A stretch of 64,000 nucleotides of DNA, from assembly GCA_051294375.1 (NCBI GenBank), contig CM119264.1, positions 10,062,175-10,126,174 of the forward strand, in the 5' to 3' direction. This DNA is from Paraspadella gotoi (taxonomy: Eukaryota; Animalia; Chaetognatha). Under the pieces are notes generated by a model. That model saw only the letters and a program-made list of their open reading frames with translations, searched no databases and had not been told where the DNA came from. This document shows positions 51,075 through 64,000 of the stretch, one piece after another. Numbering within the stretch: position 1 is the stretch's first letter; every line of letters starts with the position of its first letter. The position numbers and the translations under genes are program-made.

Positions 51075-51740
51075 TAAAATAGCAAAACCATTATAAGTTA
51101 TGATAAATTCAAATTTATTAAAATTAAAAAAATTATATGAGCTTTTGAAATATAAAAATAAAGACTTATAAAAATATTTTGGTAAGTTTATTTTTTAAAT
51201 TTTTGTTTTATAAAAAGTTAGTTAACTATATTTATTAATAATTATGAGTAAAAATTGGGCTAAAGTTAAAAATAATAATTTCAAAAATGTTTTCATGATT
51301 TGCATTCTTTTGGAAAAGTTGATATAAGAAATTATATTTTTATATCAAAATTATGTCATAAGTTGGCAAAATTTAGAAAAACTATTAATTTAAGCCAAAA
51401 ATTTGAAAATTTAAACAAAAATAAAAGTTTTAATATTTTTACCTACTGTAATGAAAGATTTTTTTAAAATGGATTATACTTTCTTTATACTAACTTTTTT
51501 GTATAGGAATTCAATCCGGTTTTTTAAAATTTTAAAATTTTATTTTTTCACTTTAGCTTATTTTATTATTATTTTTAATAAAATATAGCTAACAAACTAT
51601 AATAAATATAAAATTTGAAATAAACTTACCAAATATTTATATGGGTCTTTATTTCATTATTATGTAAGTAAAAATATGGCTTTATAAAACTTAATAATTT
51701 GAGTTTGTCTGTATACTCTACAATGTTTGCTCCATTTTAA
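51075..51740. mobile_element. AT-rich foldback/MITE-like element with long imperfect inverted repeats
   Basis: AATAAAGAC..AAATATTTTGGTAAGTTTATTT (~51160-51195) pairs with AAATAAACTTACCAAATATTT..GTCTTTATT (~51618-51653); pairing extends outward and inward. Confidence 0.6.
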
Positions 51741-52514
51741 TAGCACCTGGTATATGCTGCAAAATATCGCGGAGTTTGCGACAATCTCTTGCTCTTTTAG
51801 AGAGAGAGAGAAAAGAATGTTTTAACAAGTTTTCGATTTCTTTGTGTTTGTCACATAAATTAAGTTAGCGTTTTCTTTGTAGTTCTTTACATGTTCGTTT
51901 TCGGTTATACGAATTGTTGGTGTCATAGCCGTCTTCAGAATATTCAGGGTTTACAATTAGCGTCTTCATCTTTATTGAAACGCGGACAAACGAAAAAGCA
52001 AGTTATTGTTTTTCGCCTGACACTGCGGTCGTTATAGTCGAAAACTATATGAAATAGGTACAACGAATATAACACCCAATATATGACTAAATTCTTGTCG
52101 TCGTCCAATCGCCACTTTCGGTCCCTCGATTCCGATTTTCTTCATCGTTCGACAAAATGCTAAGAAGCTTCATCAATCATCATCAACAAAAGCATTATAT
52201 TAATTCTTTAGTTCTTCGTACATTACCTATTATTACAGCCAAAAAATAATAGATGTAATTATTTTGTCGTCCACATCCAGAAAAAGTCCAGTACCACTTT
52301 ATTTTCCACTGAATGACTGATAGGGTCAAACAAGTATTCGAACGTAGTACGTTCCGAGACCACACAGAATTTCTTCCCTTTCGTCTTCCTCTCTCTTTTT
52401 CTCTCTCTCTTCTCTCTCCTCTCTCTCTCTCTCCTCTCTCTCTCTCTCCCCTCTCTCTCTCTCTCTCTCACTCTCTCTCTCTCTCTCTCTCCCTCTCTAT
52501 CTCTACCTCGGCAG

Positions 52515-53327
52515 GGGGCATAGTCATCAATTCCAGCCATGAACTTACCTTCCTCCATCGAGCCGACGCGTCCCCCGTGACTTTACCTCCGTCGCGAACA
52601 AAAGAGGGAAATCCGCGTGTGTGGCGGCGAACCTTTCGGGCAAGGACTGACCTTCCTTTCTGACCGACACGACCCGACCCGACCCGATCTGACTCGGGGC
52701 GAAGCCTCGGGGTCATTCCGCTTTGGTGGTTTCGGTTCTTGGCAAAGACAGTGTCCCGTANNNNNNNNNNGAGGTTCCTAAGGAATTTAAATCGAGCGTC
52801 AACCGATTTGGGTCAACTCTAGTAAATAAAAAAGATGAAGCCTCACGATATTTCACGCCTACAAATTTACCCTCACGCGCGTCCTCGAAATCCCGCGCTC
52901 CACTCGGCCACGCCCAGGCCTCAACCGAATCCAAGGCGTCGCCACCTCCGCCCAAAATTGTTAACGGTTACGACGAAACTCTTCATCCTAACGATCTTCT
53001 TCTCACGATCGAGGATCGACACTCGATCGCGATCTAGAGCAAAGAGAACGAAAAAAGAAGAAGCTCTTGAGGACGAGATAAACTTGCGTCGTCGAGATAC
53101 TGAAGAGACAAGATTCGTAAGACACGAGAATGTCCGAGACGAGATCGTTTAAAACTAGATCGTCGAAGACAAGGACGAAGGCGACACTGATTTCCGGAGA
53201 GAGAGAAAAGGGACAGATTGTCGAGGCGTCAAAGACTAAAGAGACCGATGGGTGACCTGGGAAGAGGAGAGGGCCGATTGGACCTCAATCGTGTCTGAGA
53301 CGGGATCATCTCTGAAGCTTAAACTCG
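52515..53327 (+). CDS. Candidate large coding exon of an unknown low-complexity protein (frame-broken, contains a gap)
   Basis: Pyrimidine tract plus CAG acceptor at 52514, GC-richer coding-like composition, overlapping charged/Ser-Pro-rich ORFs, and a G|GTGAG donor at 53327. No recognisable domain. Confidence 0.25.
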
Positions 53328-53946
53328 GTGAGGGAAAAAAATCGTTCTGATCTCGGATTTTAGGGTAGAAAAGGTAAAAAAGTGAGCTGCGACTTTCAGC
53401 GCATGCGTCGCGAGCCGTCGTTCTAAACTCTTTGTGACGCTTTGCTGACTGACCGACTATAGGTGATGGAAGAAATTGCTGTTCGACGATCGACTCGGTT
53501 GTCACGTGACAATCGTAACACGATTGCGATAGATGATTTTCTTTCTTCATTTTTAATTTTTTATGAAGTCCATTAAAAGATGGGGTTTATTCACGATAAC
53601 TGAACTATACATATACTAGCAAACTTATTTTTTGTTTTATACTTTGTTCCAAGAATAAACGACAACTTTGAAAAGTCGCGCCAAAAGACTACTTTTGATA
53701 TTTTCCCACAGGCAACAGCTCGAATTTTTTTCATTCCAAAAGTTTCATCGTTAACCAATCATTTGTGCCAAACCTTGCAACTATTACCGATATATTCAGC
53801 CCTCCACTATACTTAAAAAAAAAATTTCTCTCAACTTTCCGCTTTCGGACACTCCTCGTCGAAAAACCACCACCAACTCTGGTCAACCCACACGACCGGT
53901 CGGCCACTGGCGAATCTGAGAAGGGAAAAAAAAAGGAAACGGTCCT

Positions 53947-53982
<36 letters not shown>

Positions 53983-54612
53983 GTGGGTTTGTGTGAAATG
54001 GATCTTTGTCTCATAAAAAAGAAAAAAAAAGAGGAAAAAAAGAAAAAAAAGTGAAGGGGTAATTAAGCGGCGTGGCCTCATGGACTTCCTGATGGGAATC
54101 GCATAAAAGGTGAGGTTAACCGGCGGTTTTTTTTTTTAGGCCGCACGCGGAGATTGAGGGGTAAGGCTTTTTTCGGCCTCGAAAGGGGTGGGGGGGGCGA
54201 AGGTAAGAGGGACTTGGGTAAGGACGAAAGGGGATTTTGACTGAGGTCGTCGCTGAGCCGGGGTGGCTTTTTTTTTTCTCGTGTGTGTTTTTCTAAGATG
54301 AGAATGAGATGAGAACGAAAAACTAGTCACGGTTAAAATGAGAATTTTTTTTTTCTTTTTAAGCATTCTACTTTCTTGCAAACTTTTAACTGCTTGATTG
54401 TACTCAGATAAATTGCATTTTATATCATGAAAATATTAGTGAGAACTTCTTCAACAAAATACTGAATCATTTTAAAATCCTTTTTTCTCGGTCTCAAAAT
54501 TTGTGTATTATTTAAAGACATGAATATTTCTTCTTCATAAAACCGAAACTTTCCTTTTTACTAACCTCCTCTTCCTCCTCTCACCATTTCTTCGAAAATT
54601 CTCGCTACTTTC

Positions 54613-54710
54613 CGATTGGTCGCTTTTCCCGTTTTTCCTCTCTCATTGGTCCAGCAGTATTTCTCCTTCGTTCTCGACGAAACCATTTTAAAATCCGTCT
54701 CTGATTGGTC
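54613..54710. promoter_or_regulatory. Cluster of three inverted CCAAT boxes (candidate NF-Y promoter)
   Basis: ATTGGTC at ~54615, 54645 and 54704, upstream of CpG-rich sequence. Confidence 0.35.
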
Positions 54711-55290
54711 GATCAGAGCATTAGCGCGACATCATTAGTTAGACCGTGAATGGTTACTAACGTTGAACACTCAAAAAAAAAATCGTTTTCGCGTTTTTCT
54801 CTCCGCGCGTCGCCGAAAAAATATTTTGGTCAGGAGGAGGTGCTCAGTGCGCGACGTGACCATTGTCCCGAAGTTGTCGTTCATATTGTCGTCGTTGTTG
54901 ACGTCGTTTTTCGGCGTCATTCATCGTCATCGTCGTCATCGTCATCGCGATTTTTTTTCTTCTCCCAATTTGTTATGGAGTCATTTTTGATCGATAAAAC
55001 TTTTTTGCCCCATGTAAAGATATCACACAATTAGAAGAATGAAAAATTCAGACCTCACATCTTTCAGTGTTGTTTTCGTATTTTATTACTTTATTTAAAA
55101 AAATAAACCTGATATTTTAGTTACTTTATCTTCGCCCATTCGGCCATATCTTCATTTAATTATTTCTTTTTGCTCTATTCCGATTTAGCCTTTTTCATCT
55201 CTTCTTTTTCTTTTTTCGAAATCCCGTCCTAATTCGAAATTCCATTTCATCTCACTATTTCTCTCTCTCTCTCTCTTCCTCTCTCTCTCT

Positions 55291-55333
<43 letters not shown>

Positions 55334-55592
55334 CTTCTTCTCTCTCTCCTCGTTTCTCCAAATAGTACATACCCTGGCCCCCCCGTCAGAGGAATCCCTA
55401 GTCTTCTTCACCTGCCTGACTTTTGTTTCACTCGCTGCCCTTTTCAATTTTTTTTTCTTTGATTCCCCTTTTGAGGGTGAGCGCGAAATCTAAATCAACT
55501 CACCGCCCGAGCCGGCCTTGCTCTCCTTCTTCTCTCTCTCTCTTCTCTCTCTTGTTCCCCTTCTCTCTCTCGTCTCCTCTCTCTTCATCCCT

Positions 55593-55627
<35 letters not shown>

Positions 55628-58600
55628 TCACTCATTCGTCGTAGAAGGAAATTCAATAACCATGTTTATTTCTGCTTTCATCTATTTTGCAGAATTTAAC
55701 CTGAAATTCACGAAGGAAACAAAATATTAAAGCGCTGAAATCGTTTTACTTCTGTCCCGATCTTCCGTGAAGAGGATATCACACCATACCTCGTTCGAAC
55801 GCCCCCCCCCTCAAAAAAATAAAAATAAATTGTAACATTAAACCGAGTAATTCCTGGATTTACTTCGCGCCGCGATTCGAAATCACTTTTTTTTCACAAT
55901 TACCGAGGATGTGAAAGAATGCAGTAAACGAATTTCTTTCTTTTTTTTTCACTTCTCACTGGTTTTTTTTTTCGTCCCGGATTCTGTTTCCAACGAATTT
56001 TCGCGTCTAGAGATAATAAATTCTCCCGGAAATCGCAAAACCCTGAGGACACGAAAGAAAAAAAAAAATTCGCTTCTTCGGATTTCGGAAATAAACGAAA
56101 AATCGACGAAAGAAGAAGAAAGAGAGAAAGAGGGAATGAGAAAACGAAAGGCGGAAGTTAAAAATTAAAGGGAATAAGAATTACAAACGGACCAATCAAA
56201 GATAAACAAACAAAGAAAGAGAGAAAGAGAGAGAGAGAGAGGGAGAGGGAGAGATAGTGAGCAAAGATCGCGATTAGGTTGGCCACTTCCTTCTTCCCAA
56301 CCTCGCTCAATTATCGGCTTCAAACAAAATATCCAAAGTGAGTAAAAAAAAAAGATGAGAGAAAGTTCGGAATGATTTGTTTGAACCATGTTTGTATGCT
56401 TCTTATTTTAGATTGTTTTATACATCTTGTATCAGTTTTAGAAATTAATTTTCATTAGGAAAAGCAACTGAAATATCTCACAAGTTCTAGCAAATTTTTG
56501 ATAATAAACAAAGATTCAAAAAGTCTATATAAAGTTGAAAAAACCTGATAGCTACTTGAAGAACTCTTCTTCAAATTTGAATATCACTTTTGTGTGTGAG
56601 CATGAGGGGGGGCGTAGGTCGCTCTTTGAATCTCACTCTTCGTCGCTTCTTTTTTTAACTTTTAACCTTTTTCTAGCAAAAAAAAAAAGTTTTGGTATTT
56701 TTGTTGGAAAATATGAAAAAGAGGATAAAAAGGATTTTTTGTGTCAAGCATGTTTAATTCTCCCAAGCTTTCTGAGCCTCTTTTGGAACCTGACTCTTGT
56801 TTCGTACTCATTCGCAAAGAGACAAGGAAATCTGCTCCCTATTTCTTTCTTCTTTTTTTTTCTTTTTCTTTAATTTGAAAGAGTTTTCTTCTTTTTCTCT
56901 CTCGATTCCATCCTGAAAAATCGCAGACGACTCCCTCCCCCCCCCCCTTTTTTCATCTGGAATTCCTTACCCTGCGTTCGTTCGTCGACGTCGTCCTCTT
57001 AGTCCCATTTCGAGGATTAACCTTACCTCCACGGGAGGCAAACACGAACGACTTACCCCNNNNNNNNNNNNNNNNNNNNNNNNNNNNNNNNNNNNNNNNN
57101 NNNNNNNNNNNNNNNNNNNNNNNNNNNNNNNNNNNNNNNNNNNNNNNNNNNNNNNNNNNNNNNNNNNNNNNNNNNNNNNNNNNNNNNNNNNNNNNNNNNN
57201 NNNNNNNNNNNNNNNNNNNNNNNNNNNNNNNNNNNNNNNNNNNNNNNNNNNNNNNNNNNNNNNNNNNNNNNNNNNNNNNNNNNNNNNNNNNNNNNNNNNN
57301 NNNNNNNNNNNNNNNNNNNNNNNNNNNNNNNNNNNNNNNNNNNNNNNNNNNNNNNNNNNNNNNNNNNNNNNNNNNNNNNNNNNNNNNNNNNNNNNNNNNN
57401 NNNNNNNNNNNNNNNNNNNNNNNNNNNNNNNNNNNNNNNNNNNNNNNNNNNNNNNNNNNNNNNNNNNNNNNNNNNNNNNNNNNNNNNNNNNNNNNNNNNN
57501 NNNNNNNNNNNNNNNNNNNNNNNNNNNNNNNNNNNNNNNNNNNNNNNNNNNNNNNNNNNNNNNNNNNNNNNNNNNNNNNNNNNNNNNNNNNNNNNNNNNN
57601 NNNNNNNNNNNNNNNNNNNNNNNNNNNNNNNNNNNNNNNNNNNNNNNNNNNNNNCGAACCGATTGCGTTTATTACCTAAAAAAATATTTAGTTTCTTTTT
57701 TTTTTTTTAAAGTTTAAACAAATTTTCAAATTGTGCGACAACGACGACCGCAAAAATTCATTTTGAAACTTCATTTGGACGATGATTTGTCTACAACCAA
57801 GGCTTGAAACTAAGACCGTTATAACCTTTATATTTTTATAACGTGCGCTAGTTTTTTTTGTTCCCATGTAACCCTAAAATAACATTTCATAATAAAAAAA
57901 TGACTTTTAAATTAAATCGCTAATCTTGACGTTAAATTCTAAAGAGTCACTCGGAAATAAGCGGCATTAAATCTTCGTCTTCGTCGTCGTCGTCGTTGTC
58001 GTCGTCGTCGTCTCAAAAAGATTAGGAAGTGATTTTAATAAAGACCCAATAATGAAATTTCATAATCTCCCAGGATTTCGAGCANNNNNNNNNNNNNNNN
58101 NNNNNNNNNNNNNNNNNNNNNNNNNNNNNNNNNNNNNNNNNNNNNNNNNNNNNNNNNNNNNNNNNNNNNNNNNNNNNNNNNNNNNNNNNNNNNNNNNNNN
58201 NNNNNNNNNNNNNNNNNNNNNNNNNNNNNNNNNNNNNNNNNNNNNNNNNNNNNNNNNNAGAAAGAGAGAGAGAGAGAGTTTTCCAGTTGTTGACACAAAA
58301 TCCCGAGCTTATTATTATCTGGAATCTCCCGACGCCGCATTTAGGGCCTTTCTGGTCCTATATTTGGCTGTCCTTGTTGTTGTCGTGCCTGATTTGTTGA
58401 TTCTGGCAAAAAGACTCTTCTGCTTGCTTTCGCGCATCAAGCAGCGCGAAAAGGGCGCGCTATCCATTTCCTAATGAGGGTTGAGTCTCGATCCATATTC
58501 GTCTCCGTGAACGCTGCCTGGTTTTCATTTCACTCACGTCAAAATTTGGAAATGGGTTTGTTTTCGTAGCTCAAAAATTGAGGGCAGGCCGCTATCCATC

Positions 58601-58779
58601 TTCGGTAACCGGAGAGAGAGTATCATATCCCGAAATGTTTTTGGAGTGATGGGAGAAAAAAAATTATTTTATTGTTATTATTATATAAATTTTGCGGAGT
58701 TGAGTCTCCCGACCTTTTTAGGGAGAGAGGGACGTTCTCTCTCTCTCTCTCTCTCCTCGTCTCTCTCTCCATCTCCTTC

Positions 58780-60780
58780 GCTCCTGGCGTGACCTCGCTT
58801 CATCTCTCAACTGCGACGTCACGTGTGCTCATCGTCTCCTCTGTCTGTTCTCTGTGCTGCTGCATCTCTCGGTGCGTCCTGGCACCTAAAGGTCGGCAGT
58901 CACGTGAACGTTAGACGGAAGCGCGCGGCGACGAAGGAACAGTGAGCCTCACACTCGCCGGCGCCGGATTCGCTCTCTCTCCGAGCATGTAACCACATCT
59001 CAACAGTTTTGTGGATGTGTGATATTTACTCCGGCCACTCACTCCCAAAACACTCTCTCCGGGGGTCGCGTGCAGTGCATTACTCTGTCTCTCGGGTGTC
59101 CGATTACCGAGAGACGAGGTTGTGGCCAGGTATAGCGGTTCGGTGACGGCTGCATGCCCCAGTGCCAAAGTGTGAGTGAGATATGAGTGCTACCGACCAC
59201 CAACGCGGCACTGTTCTCTTTAAGTGTATTGGATATGCTGAGTGAAATGCTGAAATAACAACAATTGTAGCAGCGTATTCCACGCAGCTGTAGCGCAAAC
59301 GATCAAGATACTCGTGATCGATATCGAGTCGATATCCTAAATAACCATTTAAATTGATAATGAAAGCTTCATGGTGATGACAATAATGATTGTTTGATAT
59401 AAGTCTGCGTTGCTAATTTCGGGCTCTGCGCTTAGCTGTCATTTGTTATAGACAGTAGCTGCGATAAAGTCAGGAGTCGCGTCGAAGCGCGATTGTTAAT
59501 TTACTCTACCGCAGCGCATCAAACAAAAGCTCCCTGAGTCGCACGGCTCTAACGAGACAAGGACAGGCTCAAAGAATTATTAGGGACCAAAAAAGGCCTA
59601 CAATGCGGCCGCTCGTGAATTTATGGGGACTGGTTGAAGACTTGTCTTCAAGTGTTGTACTACTTTATTTAAATCTCAATCACATCAAATCTAATTTGTT
59701 CAAAGCAACATTTTCATCTATGATGCATACGAACTGCGCTGGAGTCGATCTATTGGCAGATTTCGTCGTGCACCCAGTCTGACTGGAATGACAATCTGGT
59801 CATATATGCATCGTGACTTCGTAACGTAAACGCTGCTTGTTCGTTGTCTGCTGTCTGCCCAGCTGCTCTGCGGACTCCCATCCTGCTACGCCAGGTCGAC
59901 CATCGAGGTTGAGTGAATTTCATTGTCCTGGGTACCATGCGCGTAGACGTTCTCTGCTGCTCGCGCTCGCCTGCTGGTGCGTATGAGTAGCTTCTTCGCT
60001 CCGCTACTGGACTGTGGTGCATCTCTCTCCGGCTCACGTCTCTCTTGACTGATCATGCCTCGAGAGTGGTGCCGTGTCTTCCATCGGTTGTGCTCGGTCG
60101 GTCTCTCTATCGCATAGAGCGCCTTTTATCAGTGTACTATCTCTCTGTCGGGTGGTGTACAATGGGAATCGGTTATTTTTTCCAACGATGATTTGCACTC
60201 TACATGCTCCTGTGTCCGCCAAAGATGACGATCTCTCTCTCGATTGAATGTCTCGTGCCTCAACTCTCTAGCCTTGGAGATCGTATGATCATAGCGTGAC
60301 AACATGCTCTTTGTCTTTGACTGCTAATATATGCAATCTTCTGTCCTCTTCGGGAGGTGCATTGGATGGCAAGCGATTATCATATAATTCTACAGAGACT
60401 CATGCTCTGAAATGCTAGCTTTTTGCGTTGGCTCCAGCAGTTTGATCTGCAGAGCTCTGCTTTCCCCGCACTCGAGCCCTCGTAAGCCCCAATGCTGTGG
60501 TTTGATTGCTTCGAATCCTGCGGGGAGATTTATGAAATTTCATTATGTGGTCCAAGAGACCTTTATATTCTCTATTAAATGATTCACTTCCCTATTTAAT
60601 GCCTGTTTGCAGACGACGTTACTGAAACGGACAGGCGACGACCGGTACAGACAGAATAGCTCGGAAGACGGATGATTTAATAGCCGCAAGAGAGACATAG
60701 TAATTTAAACTGAGCTGACTGCCTTCGTAGTATAATATATATTGAACGATATCTACTAGATAATAAGCTCGCGCTTTAAT
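58780..60780 (-). other. Very noisy inverted re-read of ~57950-58740 (probable sequencing artefact)
   Basis: 59557-59615 matches the reverse complement of 58330-58380, 60506-60550 that of 58045-58084, and ~59040-59052 that of ~58635-58650. Confidence 0.65.
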
Positions 60781-62351
60781 TTATTTCATCAGTATAAGAT
60801 AAAGCTTCAATATATGCTTGATGCATTTATTATTAGAATATTGATTCGATAGTTTTTAAGACTGTATTCATGGGACAAATATAATAATACTTAATGCGCT
60901 ATCGTTGATTAAAACTCGGGTGATTTCCAGGTTGTGTCAATATCGATAATTTTCAGAGTGGTTTTCATTATTTCTTGTATTTCTATTAATGTTTTCTTCT
61001 CTTCAGAGAGACCATTGTTCTTCTTATGTCTATTTCGTAACTCAATTCGTTTCTCTACAATTTAAGAGATTTTCCATAATCATATATGCGTTATTTTTGT
61101 CGCGCACTGTCGTCGTTACCTGCCTCGCACAATATTTATAGAGAAGTAATCTCGATCGTTTTATCTTATTAATGAAAAAAATAAAAAACAGGAAACTCAA
61201 AAACACTCGTTTTTTAGGTTTTGTCAATATAATTCAAAGTTAACCTTGCGGTAATTAGAAGAACTCGGCAAGGTCTGTTCCTGTTTGACTTCATATTAAC
61301 GTTCTCGTCCTTCCCATTCGCTACTAACGTGAGAAGAGAGCCTACCTCTCCTTATTATTCTCTCTCTATCCCCTCTNNNNNNNNNNNNNNNNNNNNNNNN
61401 NGAACAAAAACAGAGAAAAGGATGAAAAATAATAAACGAACGCGTTTCTCGCTAATTCTTGAAGTTTTTTTCATTTTATCCGAAACAAAACGCAAGAAAT
61501 AACATTCTTTTTTTTTTAGAGAAAAATTGTTTCTCTAAAAATTAAAATTGGATTTTGAAATATGAGAAGCGGGACGAGAATCCGAATTCCACGTCCGATC
61601 CAACTCTCACCGAAGTTCATTTATTTTTTTCTCTCTGTAATGCGACGTTTCGTTTTATAGAAGTAAACATTGTTATGGATTCAGAGACAGAGAGAGAGAG
61701 TGAGAGAGACACACAGAGAGAGAGAGAGAGACAAACTACAATTTATCATCATTTGTCTTGTCAGCCGATTTGATTTGGTTCTCGTTTGATGACAGAAACC
61801 TGGAAACCCCTCGCCCTAAAAATCCAGTAGGATCAGGAATCGTTTCCAAAAGAAGAGCCTTTGGTGGAGAAAAAAATATATATCTACGCTAAGTTTTACA
61901 TGTTCTTTGTTTAATAAAACATCGTTAGTCTTTTAAAAACTAGAACTTGCAACATTATAATTTTTTTTCAACACGCTATTCCCCGATACTAGACGAACCT
62001 CCGAGGGGCATGGCTTGTCTAAACGCGCCCCGAGGGAAAGTTCTGCCCAAGGGGTGGTCGAGTATCATCATTAGTCTCGTGCAGTCAAAGTCAGGTGATC
62101 TAATCGTGATTTTAAGGTTATTATTCTGTCACTTTATCGAACCTACGTTGAGACGTATCGTAGGGTGGAGAAAGAGATAAGCAGAAAAGAAGCATGAAAA
62201 AAAAAGACAAAGGAAAACGAAAGTAAGATTGAAATAGTTAAATGAAGAATTAAGGCAAGATAGGAAAAAATAAAGAAAAAAAGAAAGAAAAAGAAAGGTA
62301 ACAAGAATGCAAAAACAAAAAAAGGGGAGAGAGAGAGAGAGAGTGTGTGTG

Positions 62352-62393
<42 letters not shown>

Positions 62394-62394
62394 A

Positions 62395-62439
<45 letters not shown>

Positions 62440-62458
62440 AAAAAAGAGGAGAAGAGAA

Positions 62459-62572
<114 letters not shown>

Positions 62573-62935
62573 ACAGAAAGAAAGGAATTTTGGACGTTTG
62601 GAACTTTGGAATTCAATGCAAAGCATTTCTTTCTCTTTTTTTTTCTTATTTGGTTTTTTTTTCTCTTTAATTTTTCCCCTACATTTTTTTAACTGCGTCT
62701 TTTGTGTTTTCATATATACCAGGTTTTTGATTTGCGGAGAAGAAAGAATTTAAGAAATGTTTTATTTGATCAAAGCATTGTTTTATAACATATTTTTTTT
62801 GTTTCTGATCCGAACATTGCTGCATATTGTTTTACAAGATTAGAAAGACCCCGACGTCTTGGTACAGTCAGTGCTAGATTTTTATTTACAGTTTTAATAC
62901 ATAAATTGCTAATTCACATTAACCTTTTTCTACAG

Positions 62936-63017
62936 ATGTTCCCTAAACGCGCAAAGGCGAATTTCTTCATTCTGGCGTCTCTTCTCGTCTGCGCTTTCAA
63001 GTTTCACCCATGTGAAG
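62936..63017 (+). CDS. Probable first coding exon (signal peptide) of a secreted/membrane protein continuing downstream
   Basis: TTTTCTACAG|ATG acceptor, peptide MFPKRAKANFFILASLLVCAFKFHPCE(G), AAG|GTAATT phase-1 donor. Confidence 0.5.
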
Positions 63018-63459
63018 GTAATTGATTAAAGAAATTACAAATTAAGCAAATAAAGTTCTTCATTTAGATTATATTAGTAATTGAACAAGAGGACTTTAGG
63101 CGTAAAAAGTTGAAAGTAAAAAACAAGCCCGCGTGATACCCTACCGTAAAGGAACGGTGCTACCGCACCAAGAAGCGAACACACACAAAGAAAGGCAGGA
63201 ACACACACATTCCTACTCTTCTTTCGCGAATGAGCGCGAATAAAGAGTCTCGCTTCTTTGCGTCGAAATCCAATAGAATTCTTGGGCAGATTACACGAAG
63301 GCTGCGATGATCATGGGTGTAAACGTCTCTCCTGGTTTTTTTTTTCCTTTTCCTCAAATCTTCTTAAGAAAATTATAGAACGCCTCCGAACGGTTTATTT
63401 AGACCCCCTTTGCAGATTTTTTAGTTTTTAAGCCGGTTTAGAGAGTGAAGAGGGGATGG

Positions 63460-63584
<125 letters not shown>

Positions 63585-64000
63585 CCAATATTTTTCGTTT
63601 AGTTTTTCCCCTTAAGAAGTTGTCCCTCATTCCCCTTTTTTCTTTCCAAGATGTTATTTTACATTTTCTTTTGCTTCTTCTCTTCTTCTCTTTATTTTCT
63701 TTTCTTTTTCATCTTCTTCTCCTTCTTCCCATCATTTTCCTTCTCCCTCTCCTTCTTCCCCTGAGTTCGTTTCAGGAAATGTTTCGTAAAAAATATAAAA
63801 AAAAAACTTTTGACTCGCGCTAAGAAAAACAAAATTAAAATTGAAACGAAAAAAGTGTTCTTGAAATAGAATAAAAAAAAAAACTGTAGAAAAAAAAAGG
63901 GCAATGGCAGCGAAAAGGGGAAAGCGATTCCTCCGGTAAATCAACAAAAACAGATCCTCCCTTTCAGTGCAGATTCTACATTTCGTTCAATTTGAGCAGA

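Noticed and set aside
58672-60222. Possible horizontally acquired or viral insert
   Set aside because: Explained as a noisy inverted copy of adjacent sequence.
61960-62090. Short inverted repeat with CCGAGGG motifs, possible MITE
   Set aside because: Single copy in the window with no definable termini or TSD.

Overview
AT-rich eukaryotic (invertebrate-like) genomic DNA with spliceosomal introns, many (CT/GA)n and (CGT)n microsatellites and N-gaps. Four spliced genes can be reconstructed: a DDI1-family UBL-aspartyl protease-UBA gene (+, 434-3502), a ceramide phosphoethanolamine synthase-like CDP-alcohol phosphotransferase (+, 11001-14406), and two tandem ENPP/NPP-type phosphodiesterase paralogues (-, 18916-21777 and 23214-26345), one predicted secreted and one with a GPI-like tail. 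Intergenic DNA holds several mobile-element families: a palindrome carrying two minimal type I hammerhead ribozymes (Penelope-like), TG...CA elements with an internal tRNA-like promoter, Helentron-associated elements, CR1-like LINE 3' ends and foldback elements. Much of 31-61 kb is indel-rich direct or inverted re-copies of neighbouring sequence, which looks like uncorrected long-read gap filling, so frameshifts and extra gene copies should be treated with caution. All calls come from reading the sequence by eye; no searches were run.
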